This document shows positions 7,594-15,048 of a stretch of 36,482 nt of DNA, piece by piece (position 1 is the stretch's first letter; the number at the start of each line of letters is the position of its first letter). This stretch comes from a virus (taxonomy: Duplodnaviria > Caudoviricetes), in IMG/VR virus record IMGVR_UViG_3300012347_000345, positions 1 through 36,482 of that record; one strand, given 5' to 3'. Under the pieces are notes generated by a model that was not told the DNA's origin, ran no database searches, and was given only the letters and a program-made list of their open reading frames with translations. Both the position numbers and the translations under genes were made by a program.

Positions 7594-7992
7594 ATGAAAC
7601 AATTTAATATGTTTGGATCGGAATTAGATCCTAGTCAAGAAGAAAAGAAATATAGTTCAAAGATTGAGTCCCCAATTTATGAGCCTAAATATCAAAAGCC
7701 TCATATTATGGAACTTTGCGATAAATCTAAGACACATAGGCTATTGAAAGAGATTGATTCTTCGGATTTACCAATTGAAGAAAAGAATTTCTTAATGGAT
7801 GCAGCAAGAAGGCATAATGTATTTAATTATGAGAAAATTGCCGATTATTATGCAAAGTCATCAAAAGAAATGCAAGATCTAATGGAAAGAAGTGGTCTAG
7901 TGATTATTGACTTTGAGAAAGCAGTACAAAATGGATACATTAAACTTTGTGAAGAAATTAGAAAACAATACCTAGAAGAATATGGAGAATAA
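7594..7992 (+). CDS. Helical protein coupled to the glycosyltransferase gene
   Basis: KY..KI..P.YEP, FL..AA.RH.VFNY.KIADYYA and ME.S.LVIIDF.KA pattern; overlaps the start of the GT gene. Confidence 0.7.
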   Translation: MKQFNMFGSELDPSQEEKKYSSKIESPIYEPKYQKPHIMELCDKSKTHRLLKEIDSSDLPIEEKNFLMDAARRHNVFNYEKIADYYAKSSKEMQDLMERSGLVIIDFEKAVQNGYIKLCEEIRKQYLEEYGE

Positions 7993-8806
7993 TTTTGCGG
8001 TGTTTATTCTAACACATGGTAGGCCAGATAATGTAAAAACATTAAGTACAATTAGAAAGTGTGGATACACTGGCAAAGTTTATTTTATTGTAGATAATGA
8101 AGATAAAACAATATATAAATACATTGAAAATTTTGGAGATGAGTTTGTGAAAGTTTTTGATAAAAAAGAAATGGCTAATAGTGTTGATGAAGGCAATAAT
8201 TTTGATGAAAGAAGAACTATTACTCATGCTCGAAATGCTTGCTTTAAGATAGCCAAAGAGATTGGTATAACTTATTTTGTACAACTAGATGATGATTATT
8301 ATTATTTCGGGTATAGATATGATACGGGAGCAAAAATTATCAAAAATTTAGATCGTGTGTTCTCAATTATGCTTGATTTTTACAAAGGTATTAATGCTAA
8401 ATCAATAGCATTTGGTCAAGGAGGTGATCACATTGGTGGATTTAGTGGAATTAAGCTAAAAAGAAAGTGTATGAACTCGTTTTTTTGTAGCACCGAAAGA
8501 GAATTTCAATTTATTGGTGCAATGAATGAGGATGTCAATACCTATACAACTTTAGGAAGTAGGGGTGATCTATTTTTCACATTTACTAACATACAACTTG
8601 ATCAAAAAGATACACAAAGTCAAACAAATGGAATCACCGATATGTATGTTCGATATGGTACTTATTGTAAAGCATTTACTACTACCATGATGCACCCAAG
8701 TAGTGTTAAGGTGTCAATGATGAATAGTAATCACCCTAGAATACATCATACAATAAAATGGATCAATACAACACCAATGATTTTAGACCATAAACACAAA
8801 AAATAA
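7982..8806 (+). CDS. GT-A fold glycosyltransferase, TET-associated (TAGT)/GREB1-like
   Basis: FILTHGRP N-terminus, ARN, QLDDDY (DxD), MNSF and NEDV motifs. Confidence 0.78.
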   Translation: MENNFAVFILTHGRPDNVKTLSTIRKCGYTGKVYFIVDNEDKTIYKYIENFGDEFVKVFDKKEMANSVDEGNNFDERRTITHARNACFKIAKEIGITYFVQLDDDYYYFGYRYDTGAKIIKNLDRVFSIMLDFYKGINAKSIAFGQGGDHIGGFSGIKLKRKCMNSFFCSTEREFQFIGAMNEDVNTYTTLGSRGDLFFTFTNIQLDQKDTQSQTNGITDMYVRYGTYCKAFTTTMMHPSSVKVSMMNSNHPRIHHTIKWINTTPMILDHKHKK

Positions 8807-8807
8807 T

Positions 8808-9284
8808 ATGAAAACCAAACAATTAGCATTAGGTGATTTCTTGCAAGAGTTATTGAGCAAATTTCACTTCGCAATCAAAGATCAAGAATTACTTGATTCA
8901 CTTAATGAAACAAAGTTAAGTGCAACCGAAGGGTTAGAATTAATTTATCACATTGATAAACCAATAGCAATTCCACAAATTCCAAAAGTGAATGCTCATG
9001 ATATACTTAAATGGGTCGATGAAAAAGAGGAGCATTTCAATAAATTTTGGGAGATGTATGATAAAAAGATTGGCACAAAAGATGCAAAAACAAAGTTTTT
9101 AAAGCTACCAATGAAAGATATTGAGAAAATATTTGAAACTTTGCCACACTATTTAAAATCAACACCCGATATAAAGTTTAGAAAGCATCCCGTTACATAC
9201 CTTAATCAACGCACTTGGGAAGATGAAGGGTATATGCCAAGGGGCATTAATAGACCAAATGTGGTGAACCCATTCAAGTTTTAG
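8808..9284 (+). CDS. Replication initiator/helicase-loader-like protein
   Basis: F..FW..Y.KK.G...A...F and HP.TYLNQ..WEDE motif of phage replisome-organiser C-terminal domains; lies directly before dnaB. Confidence 0.65.
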   Translation: MKTKQLALGDFLQELLSKFHFAIKDQELLDSLNETKLSATEGLELIYHIDKPIAIPQIPKVNAHDILKWVDEKEEHFNKFWEMYDKKIGTKDAKTKFLKLPMKDIEKIFETLPHYLKSTPDIKFRKHPVTYLNQRTWEDEGYMPRGINRPNVVNPFKF

Positions 9285-9299
9285 TAAAACAACAACACT

Positions 9300-10658
9300 A
9301 TGAAACAATTAGACAAAGTAGCATTTACCGATTTAGATGCCGAAAGGGAAATCTTAGCCCTTTTAATGAATCACCCAAGCTATACAAAAGACATTCAAAA
9401 GATTATCACTCCCGATGTGTTCCACTTTGGAACAACTAAGGCGGTATATTTGACTTGTGTTGAATTATTTTCCGAAAAAGGCACATTCACTCAATCAGAT
9501 ATTATTATTCGCTTAAAATCAAAAGGAAGCAATGATTGGGTAGATGTAATGATGGCATCTACAACACGAACTCCATTAAATGCCCAAGAGGTGATCTATT
9601 ACCTAGCCGAGCTCAAGGGTAAAAGAGATATTCTTGCAATGAGTAGAGAAGTAAATAATGCCTTAGTAAATGGTGAAGATTATTTCTCAATCATTGATAA
9701 GATAAATAAAGTTGCATCTACCGATATTATTCAAGATGATACAAATGAAGTTATGGACATGAAGTCTGCTTTAAGTTGTGCGGTTGAAAATATTGGGGAT
9801 GTGATGACTAATGGTAGCTTATCAGGAGTTCCAACGGGTTACAACATCTTAGATAATGTTACAGGTGGTTGGTTAAAGGGTAATGTTATCCTATTTGCTG
9901 CACGACCTGGGCAAGGAAAGACTATTTGCCTTCTTGAACATTCACGATGTGCAGGAGAGATGAATAAAAAGGTATTATTCTTATCCTTAGAGATGCCTGT
10001 TGTATCATTGATATACCGAATGATTAGTGGGCAATTAGATGACTCAACTCCTTATTCTAAAATCAAAACGGGTAGAATTGATATTAATCAATTTAGCAAT
10101 ATCCAAAAGCAAGCGGTTACTAACCTTGAAAAGCTACCTATCACTTGGTACGATGGAGCAAACCGAGATATTAATTACCTATCCACTTTAATACAAAAGA
10201 TTGTCCGTGAAAAGCAAATTGATATGGTAGTTGTGGATTACCTGCAACTAATAACAGATAGTTCAATAAGAAGTAACGATGAAACGGCAGTAGTAGGCTC
10301 GGTATCAAAAAAGATTCAACAATTGGCAAAGAAGTTAAACATTCCTTTCTTATGTGCAGCTCAATTGAATCGCCAATCGGAAGGGAGAAACTCTCACCGA
10401 CCTAAGTTATCGGATTTGCGTTCTTCAGGTCAAATTGAGCAGGATGCTTCGGTTGTAATAGGCTTATACCGAGATGACTATTATAAGTACGAGAAAGCAA
10501 AAGAAGAAGGGAATAGCAATGTAGTGTATGACAATGTAATAGAATACATTTTCATGAAAAATAGAGATGGGGATACTCGAACCGCTGATTTATTTATAGA
10601 TGTAGCAACGAGTAAGATTAGGGAGCTAAATCCTTCTTATCAATCTCCAGGATTTTAG
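9300..10658 (+). CDS. dnaB: Replicative DNA helicase
   Basis: AARPGQGKT Walker A, SLEM, VVDYLQL, QLNR, P.LSDLRSSGQIEQDA and KNR.G motifs. Confidence 0.97.
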   Translation: MKQLDKVAFTDLDAEREILALLMNHPSYTKDIQKIITPDVFHFGTTKAVYLTCVELFSEKGTFTQSDIIIRLKSKGSNDWVDVMMASTTRTPLNAQEVIYYLAELKGKRDILAMSREVNNALVNGEDYFSIIDKINKVASTDIIQDDTNEVMDMKSALSCAVENIGDVMTNGSLSGVPTGYNILDNVTGGWLKGNVILFAARPGQGKTICLLEHSRCAGEMNKKVLFLSLEMPVVSLIYRMISGQLDDSTPYSKIKTGRIDINQFSNIQKQAVTNLEKLPITWYDGANRDINYLSTLIQKIVREKQIDMVVVDYLQLITDSSIRSNDETAVVGSVSKKIQQLAKKLNIPFLCAAQLNRQSEGRNSHRPKLSDLRSSGQIEQDASVVIGLYRDDYYKYEKAKEEGNSNVVYDNVIEYIFMKNRDGDTRTADLFIDVATSKIRELNPSYQSPGF

Positions 10659-10682
10659 TTTGATTTCATAGTGTTTTTTTAG

Positions 10683-10715
10683 AATACCCATTGACTTTGT
10701 TGGTGGGTATTTTTG
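10683..10715. terminator. Bidirectional intrinsic terminator ending the replication operon
   Basis: AATACCCATTGAC / GTTGGTGGGTATT stem followed by a T tract. Confidence 0.8.
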
Positions 10716-10719
10716 TTTT

Positions 10720-10796
10720 TAAAAGCAAAAGTCGGAGATATTCCCCGACCTTGCTAACCAAACCACAACACCCAATGAAACACGATGAACGCATTA
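10720..10796 (-). ncRNA. Candidate ~70-nt small antisense RNA with its own promoter and terminator
   Basis: Minus-strand -7 box TACCTTTG (10797-10804); body complementary to the start regions of 4224, 7594, 9300 and 2129; hairpin AGCAAGGTCGGGGA/TCTCCGACTTTTGCT followed by a U tract. Confidence 0.55.
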
Positions 10797-10804
10797 CAAA
10801 GGTA

Positions 10805-11950
10805 TCAAAAAATATGTGTTATCCTACAAATCTGACCATGCTCTTTTGAGTGTAAGAAACCTTCAATAGCTTTAATCCCTCCTACACCATAACCGTTGCG
10901 GTGATGCCATGAATCATTACCACTTGGGCTTCTTAATGATTCAATATTCAAGCCAATCATATCCCTTGAGGTTTTGTGATGGACATGATGGGTATAAAAA
11001 TATCTATGCTTAGTTACTCCCCAATCAACTTTAGCCTCCTCAGCCATTAGTAAACCTAAGTCTGCCTGTTTTGCACCATCGCCATGAGTAGTACCAATAA
11101 GATTTTCAAAATATCGGTAATATTTCCGATGTGCAATTGAGCAATCGAATGTAATATTGGTAGAATGTCTAAACCAAGATTTGATTGCATCTGCCAAAAA
11201 GAAACCATTAGTATAATCATGATTAGAAGGATTGAATACTACATGAACATCTGCTACACTTGTTAGCTTCTCAATAACCTCAACATAAAGTTGTTTAGCC
11301 ATTAAGAAGTTGTCGTACCACATTTGGCAAACATCTTGAGATGTACCCGAAGTTGTCGTATTACGAGGTGAATCAACATGGAGAATATCATTGCCAATAA
11401 CCAACATTATTTGGTCAATGTTGAATCCTTTTACCTTTTGCAAAATACCCTCAACCCCTTCATGGACTCTCTTAACCGCAATGTGAGAATTGTAATCTTC
11501 ACCAGATTCGAAAGCGGTAGCTAATTTACCAATATGCACATCGGCAGGATCAACAACGAGCAAATGTCCATCAACTAAGAAATCTCTTTCAATGTAGGGA
11601 TATTTAGGAGAGTGAGCATCCATCTTCTCAATGATTTCATCTCTTAGATTCTCATAAGTTATTTGGTTTTTGTCTAAGCGAACCGCAACCGAATAATCCT
11701 TTGTCTTATCCCAATATAAGCTAACCCCATTTATATCAATACCTCTTTCTTCGCAATGTTTTGCAAGCCCAGGATTGTCTTGTTGTCTTGCTAACTTAGC
11801 TTCCATCTTAGAAATACCCTTACGGATTGTTTCAGGATTAAATGAAGTTCCTTCAGTTGCCCTTCTTGAAGCTAATCCCTTGCTAACTCCTTCGTTTTTG
11901 AATATCGCAAAAGCATCTAATACTAATTGCGAATAAGTTTTCTTTTCCAT
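10805..11950 (-). CDS. Calcineurin-like metallophosphoesterase
   Basis: DVH, GNDILH, SNHD, HGD and HHVHH motifs. Confidence 0.85.
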   Translation of the reverse strand: MEKKTYSQLVLDAFAIFKNEGVSKGLASRRATEGTSFNPETIRKGISKMEAKLARQQDNPGLAKHCEERGIDINGVSLYWDKTKDYSVAVRLDKNQITYENLRDEIIEKMDAHSPKYPYIERDFLVDGHLLVVDPADVHIGKLATAFESGEDYNSHIAVKRVHEGVEGILQKVKGFNIDQIMLVIGNDILHVDSPRNTTTSGTSQDVCQMWYDNFLMAKQLYVEVIEKLTSVADVHVVFNPSNHDYTNGFFLADAIKSWFRHSTNITFDCSIAHRKYYRYFENLIGTTHGDGAKQADLGLLMAEEAKVDWGVTKHRYFYTHHVHHKTSRDMIGLNIESLRSPSGNDSWHHRNGYGVGGIKAIEGFLHSKEHGQICRITHIF

Positions 11951-11955
11951 TAAGA

Positions 11956-12405
11956 TTATTTAGGAAATATGATACGGAAGTAGATATACAATCCGATTAT
12001 AAGTGTTTCAATAAGAATCGTAATTAATGCCCATTGTGGGATAATATTTGTGCGTACATACTTTGTAATTACATTTGAACTACTTGATAGCTTTGCTTTA
12101 TACATTAGTTCATATACATTCACAATTGAATCAATGTCAATAGTAGCCTGAATCTTGCCTTTTAAGGAACGAATTATAACCTTCCCTTGTGGTAGGTTAG
12201 ATTTGTAATAAAAGTCCTTTAAACGCAAAGAATCACACGGATTTTCGATTGTTAGAGTGTCATGTACCGACTTGTAGATGTATCTATCTACATTACGAGT
12301 AAAAGTATCAACCTTAATGGTTTCTTTTACCTGTGTAAATTGCTTAGTTGGCTTACAAGAGCAAACCGTTACAATTAGTAACGCTATGAATATTAAGTGC
12401 TTCAT
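11956..12405 (-). CDS. Spanin-like lipoprotein (possible unimolecular spanin)
   Basis: Signal peptide with lipobox (VCSC) plus a C-terminal TM helix; follows the endolysin gene. Confidence 0.65.
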   Translation of the reverse strand: MKHLIFIALLIVTVCSCKPTKQFTQVKETIKVDTFTRNVDRYIYKSVHDTLTIENPCDSLRLKDFYYKSNLPQGKVIIRSLKGKIQATIDIDSIVNVYELMYKAKLSSSSNVITKYVRTNIIPQWALITILIETLIIGLYIYFRIIFPK

Positions 12406-12416
12406 GTGTTTGGGTT

Positions 12417-12875
12417 TTATGAGAAGTAGATTTTAGCTTCTTCTTCTCTGCGTTTGGCTAATCCTGGAATAACTCTACCACCACCACGATTCCACTTTCT
12501 AAATTCATCAGCTATCTTAGGATTAAATGGATTGCCATTAACTAATCTAAGAAGTGTTGAACTTTTTAAGGCAGAAGTTCCACAATTGTAGGCAAATGAA
12601 ACCAAAGCATCAAAGTTGCCCTGACTAATGTCATCTCTACAATAAGAATCAACTGCTTTCTCAAATGAAACTAAAAGAGCCATCAACAATGTTGTGGCTT
12701 CTTCTTCGGTAATCGGGGGATCGGTAAGTTTAACTTTATGCCCATCCTCGTAGTAGGTGCTTCCGAAACCTATCGTAGGCACGGAAGAAGGGCACAAATA
12801 TGGCTTAGATTTAAAGCCTTCGTATTTTTTAATTAGATTTAGCCCTTGTTGGCTTACTTTTGTGATTTTCATCAA
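12417..12875 (-). CDS. Endolysin, GH24 lysozyme
   Basis: EG...PYLC....PTIGFG (E-x8-C-x5-T), FDALVSFAYN.G and GL..RR..EA motifs. Confidence 0.93.
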   Translation of the reverse strand: MMKITKVSQQGLNLIKKYEGFKSKPYLCPSSVPTIGFGSTYYEDGHKVKLTDPPITEEEATTLLMALLVSFEKAVDSYCRDDISQGNFDALVSFAYNCGTSALKSSTLLRLVNGNPFNPKIADEFRKWNRGGGRVIPGLAKRREEEAKIYFS

Positions 12876-13137
12876 GTCCTAATTTGTGTTTTAAATCGGA
12901 GTTTTCGGTTCTAAGTGAGTGAACCTCTTGTGTTAGAGCATCCACTTTATCACTTAATTCCTTTACCTTATCAGACATCTCTTGTGCCATCTCTCTCCAG
13001 ATTTTTATAGCCTCTTGTGTATTAGTAATTTCACTTCCTTGAACCTCAACATTTTCTTTCTTGCGACCAAAAAGCCAAGAGATGAAAGCACCGATAGCAC
13101 CTGTAATCGAAGGAACAATTATATCATCTAAATTCAT
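12829..13137 (-). CDS. Putative holin (single TM plus coiled coil)
   Basis: N-terminal TM followed by RKK and a coiled coil; immediately upstream of the lysozyme; start 13137 or 13158. Confidence 0.55.
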   Translation of the reverse strand: MNLDDIIVPSITGAIGAFISWLFGRKKENVEVQGSEITNTQEAIKIWREMAQEMSDKVKELSDKVDALTQEVHSLRTENSDLKHKLGLDENHKSKPTRAKSN

Positions 13138-13466
13138 TACGATTGAGGAGTTATCCAAGGCAATGGAAGTGTAACAATAGGAGGATTCTTTTGGAACTCA
13201 ATATCATTTACTAAACTAGAATCAATAGCAAATACATTAAGACCTTCGTTAAGCCAAGATTCAACTTGTGCTTGAGTTAGATCTGGATAGGCAGTAAAAT
13301 CGGTAGAACTTGGAGTAGCACAACCCATAGTACCATAAGATTCGGCAATGTAACTTCCATCGGTAGCATTTCTTCTCCAATGAACAACGGATACAACATC
13401 TTGTAAGCCACCTTCTTGGGGCTTAGTATCTAATTGTACAACAATCCACTTAAATTCTACTGCCAT
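13137..13466 (-). CDS. Conserved small tail-fibre-associated protein
   Basis: W...L....GL..VV..VHWR, F..Y.DLT..QV..W and LPW pattern; follows the fibre genes. Confidence 0.65.
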   Translation of the reverse strand: MAVEFKWIVVQLDTKPQEGGLQDVVSVVHWRRNATDGSYIAESYGTMGCATPSSTDFTAYPDLTQAQVESWLNEGLNVFAIDSSLVNDIEFQKNPPIVTLPLPWITPQS

Positions 13467-13471
13467 ATCTA

Positions 13472-13861
13472 TTATAGTTCTATTTCTTCTGCTTGCTTAA
13501 ATTCGACTCCTTTAACCCAACCATTCAAGAATGGGTAAGAATCTAAACCTTCTGGATTAATTACATGAATTGGCTCAAAGCTAATTTCAGTTAATAATAA
13601 ATCCTTTAATTGAGAGTTTAGCTTTTTAACCCCTTCTTTATTAAAATTATATTCACCTTTTTCATTTAATAATAAGTTTCCATCTTTATCAACAGAAGCA
13701 TTATCTAAACGAAGTTCCTCTTTCTTTTCATTAAACTCATCAAGTTGCTTTTGGATTCTTTCTCCAATCTTGATTAATTTCTTTTGACCTTTAGTCTTTC
13801 CTTCTCCTACCGAAGCATTTAAGAATTGAACAAGTGTCAATAATTCTGCATTTGTTTTCAT
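13472..13861 (-). CDS. Hypothetical helical protein
   Basis: Start refined to the ATG at 13861, downstream of a promoter. Confidence 0.75.
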   Translation of the reverse strand: MKTNAELLTLVQFLNASVGEGKTKGQKKLIKIGERIQKQLDEFNEKKEELRLDNASVDKDGNLLLNEKGEYNFNKEGVKKLNSQLKDLLLTEISFEPIHVINPEGLDSYPFLNGWVKGVEFKQAEEIEL

Positions 13862-13891
13862 TTTGTTTGGATGTTTATGTTTTTGATTGAG

Positions 13892-13899
13892 CAAATATA
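13892..13899 (-). promoter_or_regulatory. -7 promoter box TATATTTG upstream of the lysis-containing block
   Basis: CAAATATA on +; intergenic, ~30 nt before the ATG; no clear -33 element. Confidence 0.6.
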
Positions 13900-13924
13900 A
13901 TAATATTTATTAATTAAGTTACAC

Positions 13925-15037
13925 TTACGCTTTTTTAACAAATCCATTAGAATCAACATATAAATCTCCTGCAATCAAATTAGATGAAGTCAAATCCCCA
14001 ACATTAAGTTTATCAGTAGTAAACACTCTTTTAGATTTTAAACTTAATTCATTATATGAACTTCCTACATTAGAATCTACTTCAATAACTATTTGATTTG
14101 TTGTACCTTTTTTAAATGCGATATAACCTACATTACCAAATCCATTTCTCAAAAATATACTTGCATTAGCATCGCCACTTGTTGTTGTTGCCGATATATT
14201 AGAATTGCCAATAATAGTTGCATCTGTAAATATTGGTATTATCCCAATGCTACCACTACCACTAATATTACCTCCACCACCTCCGCCTGTGCTATATTGA
14301 ACTCCATTAACCCTAAATGTGCCCGTAACATTGACATCACCATTAACTTGCAACACACCGCCACCACTAACACCACTTGTAGTATTAATAAGTATATTTT
14401 TAGATGAGTTTATTCTCATAGCCTCACTAAATCCAATATAGAACCCCATGTGTGCAGCATTTAATAGTAATGGGATTGATCCATAAGTATTATTTACCGC
14501 ATTTAAGAATATCGAATCATCGGTACTATTTAAAGAAGCCTTACCAACACCAAAGTTAATGTTAGAAGAAGGTTGAACTGTTAGCTTATATAAACTTGTA
14601 GTAGTGCCAATCATAAAGCTACTTCCATCATCGGAGGCAATACTATTAGTCAAAGATGTTGCACCACTCCATTTAGTTAAGAAGTTAGTTGTACCACTAC
14701 CCGATACACCACCACCACCACCTGTTCCAATAGAAGTACCATTAATACGAAATGCACCCGTGATGTTAATATCTCCAACAACATCTAACTTATAAGCTGG
14801 AGATGAATTATTAATCCCAACATTCCCCGTGTTGTAGTAAATATTAGCACCACTTGTAGTCCATTGCGTTGCAGGAGAAGTGGTAGTTAAAATATTACCA
14901 CTTGAATCAAATGCAAGGTATCCCGCTACTGTACCCGTAAATGAGGTAGTAGAAGTATAAAATGGAAAAGTTAGCTTACCCGAAGAAGCCCCTTTCACAT
15001 AATTAATTAATTCCGATAAATCAGTATTCTTTGACAT
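13925..15037 (-). CDS. Tail fibre / receptor-binding-type protein
   Basis: GNVGIN..SP..KLDV.G repeats and Gly/Ser/Thr-rich modules. Confidence 0.75.
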   Translation of the reverse strand: MSKNTDLSELINYVKGASSGKLTFPFYTSTTSFTGTVAGYLAFDSSGNILTTTSPATQWTTSGANIYYNTGNVGINNSSPAYKLDVVGDINITGAFRINGTSIGTGGGGGVSGSGTTNFLTKWSGATSLTNSIASDDGSSFMIGTTTSLYKLTVQPSSNINFGVGKASLNSTDDSIFLNAVNNTYGSIPLLLNAAHMGFYIGFSEAMRINSSKNILINTTSGVSGGGVLQVNGDVNVTGTFRVNGVQYSTGGGGGGNISGSGSIGIIPIFTDATIIGNSNISATTTSGDANASIFLRNGFGNVGYIAFKKGTTNQIVIEVDSNVGSSYNELSLKSKRVFTTDKLNVGDLTSSNLIAGDLYVDSNGFVKKA

Positions 15038-15048
15038 CTATTTTATTA

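Noticed and set aside
232-8284. Minus-strand ORFs at 232, 3416, 4274 and 8042 (likewise 33954 and 34713)
   Set aside because: Antisense to better-supported + strand genes.
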